Virus record (IMG/VR): IMGVR_UViG_3300042090_001530
Location: 64,001 to 128,000 of that record
From: a virus
Lineage: Duplodnaviria; Caudoviricetes
Reading direction: 5' to 3' (one strand)
Length of the DNA: 64,000 nt
A program made the position numbers and the translations under genes. Positions within the stretch are counted from its first letter, which is position 1, and every line of letters starts with the position of its first letter. Below the pieces are notes generated by a model, which saw nothing but the letters and a program-made list of their open reading frames with translations, had not been told where the DNA came from and searched no databases. Shown piece by piece: positions 26,664-36,865 of this stretch.

Positions 26664-27983
26664 TTGACCTCCTCCACCCGCCTGAAGGCGGGGGATTCCT
26701 CACTTCGCAGCGAGGGTTTCCTGCTTCAGCGCCGACTGCCCGCCGGGACGAGTCCCTTGAGGTCTTACATCGGCTCCACAGGCGTCCACCGCGAGCCCCG
26801 CGGCGGTCAGAAGGTTCCGTGCGGCGTTGACGTCGCGGTCGTGGACCGCACCGCACGCGCAGACCCATTCGCGGACGTGCAGCGGCATCTTCTCGGCAAG
26901 CGCCCCGCAGCCCGAGCACATCTTGCTCGACGGGAACCAGCGGTCGATCACGACCAGGCCCCGGCCGTGCCAGGCGCACTTGTACTCCAGCATGCGGCGC
27001 AGCTCGGACCAGGACGCATCCGAGATCGCGCGGGCGAGACTGTGGTTCTTGACCATGTTGGACACGGCCAGGTCCTCGATCACGATCGCTTGGTTCTCGC
27101 GAACGAGCCGAGTCGTCAACTGGTGCAGGTGGTCGCGGCGCCGGTCGCCGATCCGGGCGTGCACGCGCGCGACCTTCACCCTGGCCTTGTCTCGGTTCGC
27201 CGAGCCGGGCTGCTTGCGCGCCAGGTTCCGCTGGGCCTTGGCCAGCTTCTCCCGGTCGCGCTTCTCGTGCTTGGAGTTGCCGATCTTCTCGCCGTTGGAC
27301 AGCGTGGCCAGCGACGTCAGGCCTACGTCGATGCCGACCGCGCGGTTCGCCGCGGCGGGCAGCGCCTCGATCACGTCGTCGCACAGCATCGACACGAACC
27401 AGCGGCCCGCACTGTCGCGCGACACGGTCACGGTCGTCGGCTCCACGCCCGCAGGCAGCGGACGCGACCAGACGATGTCCAGCGGCTCGCGCATCTTCGC
27501 GAGCGTCAACTGCCCGTCCCGGTACCGGAACCCGGATCGGGTGTACTCGGCCGAGAGCTTCGACTTCTTCCGCGATTTGAACTTCGGGTGCCGGGCGCGT
27601 TTGGCGAAGAAGTTCGAGTACGCCGTGTCCAGGTGCCGCAGGGCCTGCTGCAGCGGGACGCACGAGACCTCGGCGAGGAACGCGGTCTCGTCGGTGCGCT
27701 TCCACTCCGTCAGGCGTCCGGAGCAGGCCGCGTAGCCCAGGCGCGTCCCGTCGAGCTTCCATGCTTCGGAGCGCTCGTGCAGGGCCTTGTTGTACACGAA
27801 CCGGACGCAGCCGAAGGTGCGGCTCAACTCCTGAGCCTGCTCTCCGGTGGGGTAGAAGCGGAACTTGAATGCCCGCTTGACCTGCTGCGACATGCTTCAC
27901 ATTCTATCAGATCACTTATGTTCGAGGGGGGAGCGGCGTTTCCTCCCCCGCGTGAACGCGAGGGTATCCACGCCGCGAATCCG
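26664..27983 (-). mobile_element. IS200/IS605-family TnpB-only element (IS1341-like), 1320 bp, TAM TCAT
   Basis: Right end GAAT-CCCCCGCC-TTCA-GGCGGG...GTCAA; left end GATA-CCCTCGCG-TTCA-CGCGGGG. Left guide GATA predicts the TAM TC.T, and TCAT flanks the end. Removing the element restores ...E-L-M-R-W. Confidence 0.9.
26700..27893 (-). CDS. tnpB: TnpB RNA-guided endonuclease
   Basis: AFKFRFYPT HTH; RuvC GIDVG / VIEDL / HDRDVNAA; zinc finger CSGC...CACG. Confidence 0.95.
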   Translation of the reverse strand: MSQQVKRAFKFRFYPTGEQAQELSRTFGCVRFVYNKALHERSEAWKLDGTRLGYAACSGRLTEWKRTDETAFLAEVSCVPLQQALRHLDTAYSNFFAKRARHPKFKSRKKSKLSAEYTRSGFRYRDGQLTLAKMREPLDIVWSRPLPAGVEPTTVTVSRDSAGRWFVSMLCDDVIEALPAAANRAVGIDVGLTSLATLSNGEKIGNSKHEKRDREKLAKAQRNLARKQPGSANRDKARVKVARVHARIGDRRRDHLHQLTTRLVRENQAIVIEDLAVSNMVKNHSLARAISDASWSELRRMLEYKCAWHGRGLVVIDRWFPSSKMCSGCGALAEKMPLHVREWVCACGAVHDRDVNAARNLLTAAGLAVDACGADVRPQGTRPGGQSALKQETLAAK

Positions 27984-28183
27984 ATGAGATGGCTACTGCG
28001 CCTCGTCACGCCCCCAGGCGGAACGATCTTGGATCCCTTCTGCGGAACGGGCACTACGGGCGAAGCCGCGATCTTGGAAGGGTTCCGCTGCATCCTGATC
28101 GAGAAGGATCCCGTGGCGGCCGATCTCGCCGTGACGCGCCTGTCCAAGCCGCTACAGCCGTCGCTGTTCGGGGACGTGGCCTG

Positions 28184-28585
28184 ATGAGCCTCGACTCGAA
28201 CATCGACCTCTCCGCCGCAGTCGACGCGCTCGTCATCGAAGCCGTCACCGACGACGAACGCGGACTCGCCACCACCGCCGTCCTCAAGATCGCGGCACGC
28301 GACCGGCCCGACCTCACCGAGAAGCACGACATCGAACAGCACGCGCTGCCCATGCTCGCCGCCCTCGGCCTCATTGACCCGCTCGCACCGATCCCCGGAC
28401 TGCCCGACGCCGTCACACACCTGACCGCAGGCAAGCACGTCAAACAGTCCGGCGCCACCACGCACGGCACCGAAGCCGGATACCGGTGGCACGTCCAACG
28501 GCGGTCGCGGTTGTGCTCGCCATGCCAGGCGTGGGGACGCGACAACCAGGCCGACACCGCACACGCAATCCAGAAAGAGGCCTGA
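28184..28585 (+). CDS. Phage protein with a C-terminal HGT..GY..H...C..C zinc motif
   Basis: THGTEAGYRWH...LCSPC. Confidence 0.65.
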   Translation: MSLDSNIDLSAAVDALVIEAVTDDERGLATTAVLKIAARDRPDLTEKHDIEQHALPMLAALGLIDPLAPIPGLPDAVTHLTAGKHVKQSGATTHGTEAGYRWHVQRRSRLCSPCQAWGRDNQADTAHAIQKEA

Positions 28586-28586
28586 C

Positions 28587-28862
28587 ATGGACAAGAAGCC
28601 CGTCGCCCACCTACAAATCGGCGGCGAACTCCCGTGGGCCGTCGTCGGCACACGCCGACAGTTCGAAGACTCCGAAGTCGAAGTCGTCCACACCTACGGC
28701 CCCGTGCCTACCGAGGAAGACGCCGAAGCGCTCAAAGAAGCGCTCACCGACATGGGGCTCGGCGACGACCAGAAGCTGCACGTCGTCCCCGCCTACGTCA
28801 TACGGCCAGTCCTCGTCACCGAACTGCCAGTCGAGATCGACCTCGACAACGGAGCCGCCTGA
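28587..28862 (+). CDS. Hypothetical protein
   Basis: RBS GAGG; compact ORF. Confidence 0.55.
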   Translation: MDKKPVAHLQIGGELPWAVVGTRRQFEDSEVEVVHTYGPVPTEEDAEALKEALTDMGLGDDQKLHVVPAYVIRPVLVTELPVEIDLDNGAA

Positions 28863-28932
28863 TGCAGAGGTCTCGAGATACACGACCGGCGTCAGCGCCG
28901 GCACGAGACCCAACTTCCAGTCCAGATCCAGC

Positions 28933-29532
28933 TTGAACAGGACAACCGCCTTGGCAACTCCCACGACGACCACACGCCGCAAGCCGCAGCAGCGCGGCTG
29001 GCTCGTCCGTGTAGATCCGGACCTCTGGATCGACCGCCGCTTCGCGCGGTTCTGCGACCGCGAAGCGCGCTTCGGCTACATCAACAGCCTCTTCGTCCTG
29101 GCCGTGACCGACGGACCTATGGGCATCTACCCGCACGTCGCCCTTGAGGCTGAGTTCGACGCCAGTGCCGAGCACGTTGCGGCGCAGCTTACCGATTTCG
29201 GCCTCTGGACGCCCAGCGGCGTCGGGTACCGCGTCACGCCGCACCGCTGCTGCTACATCGTCGCCGACGGCCGCCAGCCGCTCCCGAAGTGGCTCCGCGC
29301 CGCAGTCATGGAGCGTGACGGCTACCGGTGCGTGAAGTGCAGTGCCGCGGGACCGCTCGCTATTGATCACATCTTTCCGTGGTCCAGGGGTGGCGAGGAC
29401 ACGCTCGACAACCTGCAGGTGCTCTGCAAGCCCTGCAACAGCAAGAAGAGCGCGACGGTCCCGTCGCACCTCATCCAGGTTCCGCGTAACGCCGTTACTA
29501 ACGCCGCGACTAACAAGACGGGTGGTGCGTGA
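28933..29532 (+). CDS. HNH endonuclease-domain protein (start uncertain)
   Basis: ERDGYRCVKC...IDHIFPWSRGG.D..DNLQVLC..CN..K. Confidence 0.8.
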   Translation: MNRTTALATPTTTTRRKPQQRGWLVRVDPDLWIDRRFARFCDREARFGYINSLFVLAVTDGPMGIYPHVALEAEFDASAEHVAAQLTDFGLWTPSGVGYRVTPHRCCYIVADGRQPLPKWLRAAVMERDGYRCVKCSAAGPLAIDHIFPWSRGGEDTLDNLQVLCKPCNSKKSATVPSHLIQVPRNAVTNAATNKTGGA

Positions 29533-30638
29533 TGCCTTTCTTCCACGTGGATGACGGCTTCCACGGCCACAAGAAGCTCGCGCGACTCGGAATCGAGGAC
29601 TTCCACGCCATCGCGCTCTGGACGGTCGCGGGGAGCTGGAGCTCCGACAACTTGGAAGACGGGTTCGTCCCCGACTACATCGCCGCGCGCATGCACCCGG
29701 ACTACAAGGAGTTCGCCAACGCGCTCGTCCGGGTCGGCCTCTGGGAAGTCGCCGAGAAGGGCGGCGAAGCCGGCTGGCAGTTCCACGACTGGACCGGCCC
29801 CGGCCGGAACCCCAGTGCCGAGCAGGTACACAAGGAGCGTGCGGCCAATGCCGAGCGTCAGCGGGAGTTCCGTTCGCGAGTAAAGGGCACGAAGCCGAAG
29901 GGTGAGGAGCCGCCGGAGCCGCCAGAACCCCAGGGCTGGGCGCCGCCGGATCCTCCGATGAATGACGGTGGCAGTAACGGCGTTACTGAGCCGTTAGTCA
30001 CGGACGGAGTGCGCGACCCCGTTCCGTTCCGTTCCGTTCCGTTCCGCTCCAACGAAGAAAACCCTTTTTCGTCGCCAACGGCTTCGCCGCCAGACGACGC
30101 CAACCTCGCAGCGGTCATTCCGCTCTTCCCCATGGACGAGCCCGCCGAGCCTGCGGCGGAACAGCCGACCGAGAAGAAGGCCAAGCCGAAGGCTGGCCGC
30201 AAGAAGATCTCTGACGCGCCGCGTCCGGACGTCGATGCTCTCTGCAACCGTCTCGTCGAACTCATGATCGCCAACGAGTGCAAGCCGCCCACGATCACCC
30301 AGGCCTGGCGAGACGAGACGCGCCGCATGCTCGACATCGACGGCCGCGACTTCAACAAGGCCATGGGCCTCCTCGAGTGGTCCCAGAAGCACTGGTTCTG
30401 GAAGCCCAACATCCACTCGATGAAGAAGTTCCGCGAAAAGTACGACCAGATGCGCCAGCAGGCAAACGCGGAATGGGAACGCGGCACGATCCCAGGCCAG
30501 CGCGCCAATTCGGATCTCGGGGGCGCCGCGCACATGGAGCGTTTCCGCACCCGGCAGGCCGAGCTTGCCGACGCTGGCACGACCGACCCCACCCAGCAGC
30601 CCGCCTTGGAGGTGTTCCCGTGGGACCGAACGAGCTAG
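29532..30638 (+). CDS. Phage replication initiator (RepA/O-like)
   Basis: FFHVDDGFHGHKK...GLWE...WQFHDW N-terminus, low-complexity linker, helical C-terminal domain (W..NI.S..KFREKYDQ); upstream of loader and DnaB. Confidence 0.75.
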   Translation: MPFFHVDDGFHGHKKLARLGIEDFHAIALWTVAGSWSSDNLEDGFVPDYIAARMHPDYKEFANALVRVGLWEVAEKGGEAGWQFHDWTGPGRNPSAEQVHKERAANAERQREFRSRVKGTKPKGEEPPEPPEPQGWAPPDPPMNDGGSNGVTEPLVTDGVRDPVPFRSVPFRSNEENPFSSPTASPPDDANLAAVIPLFPMDEPAEPAAEQPTEKKAKPKAGRKKISDAPRPDVDALCNRLVELMIANECKPPTITQAWRDETRRMLDIDGRDFNKAMGLLEWSQKHWFWKPNIHSMKKFREKYDQMRQQANAEWERGTIPGQRANSDLGGAAHMERFRTRQAELADAGTTDPTQQPALEVFPWDRTS

Positions 30639-31036
30639 AGCAGATCACGCAAGGCATCAAGTCCCTGTGCCCGGCGCAGAAGTGGGACGAGTACACGCCC
30701 GACCTGTGGCTTCAAGTGCTGCGGAACGTGTCGTTCAAGGACGCGGCACTCGCTTTGGAGCGGCTCGGCGCCCGGCAGCCGTGGATCGGCGCATCGGACA
30801 TCGCGAACGAAGTGAAAGCGATCCGGCGGGCCCGGGCCGAGCGGTTCACGCCGATGCCGAACGACATCGAAGGCGTCGCGTTCGAAGACGAGTACCGGGT
30901 GCTGCGCGAAGCGGTCGCAGACGGCCGCATGACGCAGGCCGATGTCGCCGCGTACAACCGGTGGGGCGGCTCGCTGTTCCTCGAGCGGCAGCGGCACACG
31001 CTCGCCGCCGCACCTGTGCGGGGTGAGATCGCGTGA
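30620..31036 (+). CDS. Putative helicase loader/loader-inhibitor-like protein
   Basis: W...L..V.F.DA..A....P.I....I pattern between initiator and DnaB. Confidence 0.55.
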   Translation: MGPNELEQITQGIKSLCPAQKWDEYTPDLWLQVLRNVSFKDAALALERLGARQPWIGASDIANEVKAIRRARAERFTPMPNDIEGVAFEDEYRVLREAVADGRMTQADVAAYNRWGGSLFLERQRHTLAAAPVRGEIA

Positions 31037-32382
31037 ACGACTACGAGCGCGTCCCCCCGCAGGACGCGGCCGCGGAGATGGCGGTCCTCGGCGGCGTGCT
31101 GCTCTCGCGGACAGCACTCGAGGAGGTCACGGAGATCCTCGACGACGGCACGGACTTCTACCAGCCGAAGCACCAGCACGTGTACGACGCGGCCCTCGCC
31201 GTCTACGCCCGCGGCGAACCCGCCGACGCAGTCACGGTCTCGCGCGAACTCGAGCGGCGCGGAGAGATTACGCGCGCCGGCGGCCCGGTCTACTTGCACG
31301 ATCTCATGGAGTCGGTGCCGACCGCGGCCAACGCCGGGTACTACGCGGAGATCGTGCACGAGAAGGCCACGTTGCGCCGGGTCATCCAGGCCGGCACCCG
31401 CGTCACACAGATGGGCTACGAAACAGACGCCGACGACATCGGCGAGATCGTCGACCGCGCCCAGGCTGAAGTGTTCGCGCTCTCCCGGGACCGCGACAAG
31501 CAACTGGAATCGTCGAACAGCGACGAACTGGACGCGATGCTCGAGGAGATCGAGCACCCGACCGGGGAAGGCGTCCTGACGGGCCTCGCAGACCTCGACA
31601 CGCTCACCCACGGCCTACACCCCGGCCAGATGATCGTCGTCGCGGCTCGACCCGCCCTCGGGAAATCCACGCTGGCAACAGACTGGCACCGCCAGACGTC
31701 GATCAGACGCGGCGAGCACTCCGTCCTGTTCTCCCTCGAGATGGGCAAACGGGAGATGCTCAAGCGGATCCTGTCGGCCGAAGCCCGCATCCCCCTGCAC
31801 CATCTGAGCGGCGGCCAGATGGCAGACCGCGACTGGGACCGGGTCGCCGAACATCGGGGGCGGATCGGGTCTGCGCCACTGCACATCATCGACGACGAGT
31901 ACACGCTCAACGGCATCCGCACGAGGGCGCGCAGCATCGCCCGCAAGCACCCCGTGAAGCTGATCACCATCGACTACCTCCAGTTGATCAGTGGCGCGAG
32001 CAAGCGCAACGGCACGCGGCAGGAGGAAGTCTCCGAGATCTCCCGCAGTCTGAAGCTCCTCGCGAAGGAACTCGGCGTGCCGATCGTCGCGATCGCCCAG
32101 CTCAACCGTGGCCCGGAGCAGCGCACCGACAAGAAGCCGGTCATGTCCGACCTGCGCGAGTCCGGTTCGTTGGAGCAGGACGCCGATGTCGTCATCCTGA
32201 TCCACCGCGAGGACGCGTACGAGAAGGAAGGCCCGCGTAGCGGCGAGGCCGACTTGATCGTTGCGAAGCATCGCAACGGGCCGACCGCGATCGTGACTGC
32301 CGCGTTCCAAGGCCACTACAGCCGTTTCGTCGACATGGCCAAGCAGTGGTCACCCCACGACGCCGCTGGAGGCACCCGATGA
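31033..32382 (+). CDS. dnaB: Replicative DNA helicase DnaB
   Basis: PPQD..AE.AVLG, AARPALGKST, FSLEM, IDYLQL, SQ/AQLNRGPEQR, SDLRESGSLEQDAD. Confidence 0.96.
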   Translation: MNDYERVPPQDAAAEMAVLGGVLLSRTALEEVTEILDDGTDFYQPKHQHVYDAALAVYARGEPADAVTVSRELERRGEITRAGGPVYLHDLMESVPTAANAGYYAEIVHEKATLRRVIQAGTRVTQMGYETDADDIGEIVDRAQAEVFALSRDRDKQLESSNSDELDAMLEEIEHPTGEGVLTGLADLDTLTHGLHPGQMIVVAARPALGKSTLATDWHRQTSIRRGEHSVLFSLEMGKREMLKRILSAEARIPLHHLSGGQMADRDWDRVAEHRGRIGSAPLHIIDDEYTLNGIRTRARSIARKHPVKLITIDYLQLISGASKRNGTRQEEVSEISRSLKLLAKELGVPIVAIAQLNRGPEQRTDKKPVMSDLRESGSLEQDADVVILIHREDAYEKEGPRSGEADLIVAKHRNGPTAIVTAAFQGHYSRFVDMAKQWSPHDAAGGTR

Positions 32383-32557
32383 CCCCCGCCGCAGACCTGC
32401 GCCGCATCGCTGCCAGCGTCGCGGAACTCGACGAGTTCTACGGCGGGGAGCCGGCGTGAATGGTCTTGTGACCAGACCGAGCGCTCGCTCACCTCGCATA
32501 CCACACCGAAGTCCACAGCCTGTGGACGACCGCCCGATAACCACCAAGGAGTAGCGA

Positions 32558-33478
32558 ATGCCTGATCAGACCGATACCACGCCCGACGCTGTCGAAGGAT
32601 CACGGTTTTCGGGTGGCTGTGGTGGCGCCGGATTCGGTGCCGGCGGACTTTGGCGGGGGTGCCGAGTGAGCGCCTCCGTATGGGCCGAGCCGCGCAGCGG
32701 CCCGCTGGGCCCCGTTGGCGCCCTCGGTGACTGCGGGGGAGCGGGAAGCGCCCTGAAGCCCGTGGCGCCCCTCGTGGTGCCCGCCGCGGCCACGCCCGGG
32801 TCCGACTCGCCGGAAGCCCCGTGGGCCGCCCTGGCGCCCGCGGCCGCCTTGTCCGGCCCCGGAGGCCACGGGCCCGCTACGGACGCCCAGGCGCCGCCCC
32901 GTGGCCCCCGCACGGCGTCTTCCCGCCCCGTCGACCGGCCCGCGACTCGCCCCCTGCGTCCCGCCGACGCCGCCCCGAACCTGACCCAGCGTGAGTGCGC
33001 CGTCCTGGACCTCGTGTCGTACGGCCTGGTCAACGCCGAGATCGGCGGGGAACTGTCGCTGTCGGAGGAACTGGTGCGGCGCGTGCTCGCCGACGTGCTC
33101 TCGAAGTTCGGGGTGGCGAGCCGCGCGGCCCTGGTCGGCGCCGGTTTCCGGCATGGGCCGCTGCGCCCGCGCGCGGCGTCGCCTGGCGCGGTGGGGCGTG
33201 CGGCGGGGTTGAGCCCGAGCCTGGCGGTGCTGGCCCCGTTGGTCGCGGAGGGTTTGACGGACGGGCAGATCGCGGCGCGGCTCTCCTCGGAGCCGGGTGT
33301 GCGGGTGACTGCGCGTGCGGCCCATTCGCGGATGCAGATCCTGCGGACGCGCCTGGGTGCGAGGTCCCGGGAGCATCTGGTCCGGCTGGCCGTGGAGTCC
33401 GGGCTGCTGGTGGTTTCGCCGGACGGTGCGCGGCTGGTGCTGGCCGCGGCGGCGCCAGGCTTCGGCGGTGCGCGATGA
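32558..33478 (+). CDS. LuxR-family regulator with two HTH domains and a low-complexity N-terminus
   Basis: LTQRECAVLDLVSYGLVNAEIG and ...GLTDGQIA...LRTRLGARSR. Confidence 0.8.
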   Translation: MPDQTDTTPDAVEGSRFSGGCGGAGFGAGGLWRGCRVSASVWAEPRSGPLGPVGALGDCGGAGSALKPVAPLVVPAAATPGSDSPEAPWAALAPAAALSGPGGHGPATDAQAPPRGPRTASSRPVDRPATRPLRPADAAPNLTQRECAVLDLVSYGLVNAEIGGELSLSEELVRRVLADVLSKFGVASRAALVGAGFRHGPLRPRAASPGAVGRAAGLSPSLAVLAPLVAEGLTDGQIAARLSSEPGVRVTARAAHSRMQILRTRLGARSREHLVRLAVESGLLVVSPDGARLVLAAAAPGFGGAR

Positions 33479-34005
33479 CCACGGTCACGGTCACCGCTCG
33501 GCCCCGCAGGTCCGATCCGGGGTTCGCGGCCTTGGCGGTCAAGCCTCCGAGCGCCCGCGAGTCGCAGGTTCTGCGACTGATGTCGTACGGCCTGGGGAAT
33601 CGGCAGATTGCACGGACGCTGCGCGTTTCGGACCACACGGTCAAGACGTTTGTGTCGCGGATGCTGGCGAAGTTCGAGGCCGCCAACCGTGCCGCGTTGA
33701 TCGCGAACGGTTTCGCGCGGGGTGTGCTGGCGCCGCGCCCGCTGCACCCGGGCGTGATCGCGCCGCCGATCGACGGGCACCTCGCGGTCGTGCTGCTGCG
33801 GATCGCCCAAGGCAAGACGAACCGTGAGATCGCGGCCGAGCTCGGGATCGAGGAGCACCGGGCCGTGCGGGGTCTGCTCGGGTTCCTCGGGGTCACCGGG
33901 CGCGACGGCGCGGTGCGCATCGGGGTCGAGGCCGGGTACCTCGCGCCGTCGCCGGACGGGTCGCGCCTCGTGCTTGCACCCCCGGTAGCCGGGGGTGCGC
34001 TGTGA
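33475..34005 (+). CDS. LuxR-family regulator with two HTH domains
   Basis: SARESQVLRLMSYGLGNRQIA..TVKTFV and QGKTNREIA. Confidence 0.85.
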   Translation: MTTVTVTARPRRSDPGFAALAVKPPSARESQVLRLMSYGLGNRQIARTLRVSDHTVKTFVSRMLAKFEAANRAALIANGFARGVLAPRPLHPGVIAPPIDGHLAVVLLRIAQGKTNREIAAELGIEEHRAVRGLLGFLGVTGRDGAVRIGVEAGYLAPSPDGSRLVLAPPVAGGAL

Positions 34006-34499
34006 CGGGCGCCTTGGAGGGCACCGCCGTACCCGCGGATGCGGATTCGCGCCTCGCGCGCCTGGCCGGCCGGCCGCTGACGGCCCGCGAGGTGCAGGTG
34101 CTGGATCGGGTGTCGCGCGGCTGGCCGCCGGCCCGGATCGCCCGGGAGTTGCGGATTTCGCCGTTCACCGTGGAGAGGCATGTGGAGCGGTTGCGCGCGA
34201 AGCTGGGTGTGTCGAATCGTGCCGGGCTGGTGGGTGAGGGTTTCCGCCTGGGGTTGCTGTCGCCGCAGCCGACGCGGCCGTTGGATCCGGCTTTGGCGGA
34301 GACCCTGCCGTTGATCGCTGCAGGTTTGAGTGACGGGGAGATAGCGGTCCTGGTTTTCCGTTCGTTGCACACGGTGCGTTCGAGGGTGCACCGTCTACTG
34401 CTTCTCTTGGGTGCTTCGAGCCGTCATGAGGCTGTTCGCGTGGCGGTTGAGGCCGGGTATCTGCGGCTTTCCCCGAATCGCGAGTGGGTGGTGTTGTGA
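34002..34499 (+). CDS. LuxR-family regulator with two HTH domains
   Basis: LTAREVQVL..G....IA..L.IS..TV..H and GLSDGEIA..TVRSRV. Confidence 0.85.
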   Translation: MTGALEGTAVPADADSRLARLAGRPLTAREVQVLDRVSRGWPPARIARELRISPFTVERHVERLRAKLGVSNRAGLVGEGFRLGLLSPQPTRPLDPALAETLPLIAAGLSDGEIAVLVFRSLHTVRSRVHRLLLLLGASSRHEAVRVAVEAGYLRLSPNREWVVL

Positions 34500-36794
34500 C
34501 CGCGCCGCTCGAGCTGCGTGCGCCCGCCGACCGGCTGACTCTCGCGGGGCGCCTGCGTCGCCTTGCCGGGCACGCGCAGGCGGTGGCGGACGCGGGCGGC
34601 GCGGCGGAGTCCGGGTTCGCGGCGGCCGTGTTGGGCCAGCTCACTCCGGCCGTGGAGGACGCGGAGGTTCAGGCGCTCGATGTCGAGATGTTGCGCGCTC
34701 AGGCCGCTGACCGTGAGCGTGCGCGCGGCGGTCTGCAGGCGGTACGGCACGATCTCCGATTCCTGCTCGATCTGGTCGACGGCTTGGATTCGGAGACGGT
34801 CCGGAAACCGTGGCTGGTTGAGCGTTTGGCGGCCACGATCGGGCGCCTCGATGAATCTATGAATACGAAAGGAAAGAAGGCGACTGATGAATGATCCGAT
34901 TCGCGACCGGGCCGGGCGTGTGCTCGGGGGCCGGGCCCTGGCGGCCCGCGCCCGGCTGCTCGAGACGCTGTTCTACCTGTATTTCGAGGAGCTCGAGGAC
35001 GCGCTGGTCGTATTGGCGTCTCGCACTGCTGATGCGGGCGGCGAGTTCTCGGAGCATATGCAGGCGATTCTCGATCTGCTCACGATCGAGGGTTGGAAAC
35101 TTCCCGAGTTCCCTACTGAAACCGAGGAGGCTGTTGATGCCTGACGAGGCGACCACGGCCCGGCCTGCGCGCCGGGTGACGTTGGTGCAGACCGGCTACC
35201 TGACGGCGCGCACCGGCGGCTGGTACGACTTCCACGCCCGGGCGGACGGCGGCGAGACGTGGTCGGTCCCGGAGTTCGCGGTGGACGAGGCGTCGGTGTG
35301 CGACGCCCCGCCGGAGACGTTGACGGCGGACGACTGGTCGGAGATCTGCGGGACACTCGCCGCATGCTTGGGGAAGGAGCGGATGCGGGCGCTGGTCGCC
35401 AGGTTCGAGACGGCGGTCGAGGAGGAGCAGCGTCCCGTGGCCACTGAGGCGACGGCCACGGCGCCGCCGGACCGCGAGCGCGACAACGTGTTCGCGCATC
35501 TGCTCGGCGAGTTGGAGAACGCGAAAGCGCGGCTGAGCATTGCCCGCGACGTCCTGGTCAAGGACGGCTATTTCACGGCCGACGAGGTGGGCGACGACAT
35601 CGCGCCGCGCTTGGGCGAGTGGCTTTCGCACCATCGCGCCCGCACGGAGTCCGCCGAGGCTCTCGTCGCACGGGTGCGTGAGGTCGCCGGCTCGTGGGAC
35701 GCCTACCGGTATGTCGCGATGGAGCGCGGGCTCGATGCGGACCCGGCGCACGCGGTCCGCAAGGCGGCGTTCCGGGAGGCGCGTGACGCGCTGACCGTGG
35801 TGCTGGGCGGCGCGACGACCGGCGGCACGGCGGTCGAACGGTGATGCCACGTGCCCTTCCGCTGTTCCTCGACACTGCGGCCGTGGGCCTGACCGTCGAG
35901 TATGCCGCCCGTTTCCATCGGCACGCCGCGGCCGTGAACCTCGCGCTGGCGTCGCTCGTGCTTGTCGTCTTCGTCGCCGCGATCCTCGCGCACTACGCCG
36001 AGCGGTGCGTACGCAACTTCGAGGCCTCGCACCCGGACGTGACCGGCGGGCTGCGCGCAGAGCCGCCGGAGCTTGACGGCGACGAACTCTGGTGCCGGAT
36101 CCTCGAGCGCTCCGCGACTGTCCCGGACATGCCGCGCGACGAGTTGATCCCGTGGCTCGTCGAGCACTCCGACACTCGGGTCGCCTTTCCCCACGACTTC
36201 GACCCAAGGACCCCGGCAGATGAATGACGACCTGCGCGCCCGGATTCTCGAGGCGCTCGTTACAGCACCTTGCGCGGAAGGCCGCGACATTCCGGGAGAC
36301 GCCGCACGGTACGCGTCCAAGCCGCATCTGCGGCACGACCGGCACCACTTCCATGCGTTCTGCGCGCTGTGCAGCGGCGAGGCCGACACGCTCGCCGACG
36401 CGGTCATGGCCGTGCTCGACCAGTACGCGCGCCTGGTTCCGACATGTTCCGAATGCGGCGGCCGACCGAAGCGCGGCCTGGTCCAGTCCGAGGACGACCA
36501 GACGTGGCAGTGCGAAGGCTGCTATCGCGACCTCGCCGACGGTGGCGCCCGATGACCATCGCCCACCTGTACGGCCTGTCCGGCACCTGCCTGCTCGGCA
36601 CCATCACCGTTCCCGGCGGCTGGCTGTGCGGTATCGACCGATGCCACGACTGCACGGACTGCCTCCACTGCCAGGCCGGCGACGAGTGTCCCGCAGGCGA
36701 CCATCGCAGGGTCGTGCACGGCTTCCAGCTCGAGCAGTTCCTCGCTGACCACAGCGGGGCCGCAGTCCTACTTCGAGCCGGGGCGGCCCAGTGA
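34496..36794 (+). other. Six coupled hypothetical genes (34496-34894, 34887-35144, 35137-35844, 35844-36227, 36220-36555, 36552-36794)
   Basis: Overlapping start/stop codons; some Cys-rich, one membrane-associated. Confidence 0.55.
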
Positions 36795-36865
36795 CCGCGA
36801 AACGCTTCAGCCACCTGATGCCGCGCGGGTGCTCCGTCCTTCAGGGCGGGGGTGAAGCGCGACGC

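Larger units (their letters stand above)
26040..28184 (+). pseudogene. C-terminal half of an N6/N4 DNA methyltransferase, interrupted by an IS
   Basis: GRWPTNVILSH, SRFF, PTVKPIEL|MRWLLRLVTPPGG, LDPFCGTGTT; split at 26663/27984; no DPPY-type catalytic motif in the ORF. Confidence 0.8.

Noticed and set aside
26664-27983. IStron (group I intron-IS chimera) explaining the in-frame insertion
   Set aside because: Only about 90 bp lie between the left end and the tnpB start, too little for a group I core, and the element is antisense to the host gene.
30019-30047. (GTTCC)n 5-nt tandem repeat as a second guide array
   Set aside because: Invariant, short and inside the Rep linker (PVPFRSVPFRS), a common feature of phage replication proteins.
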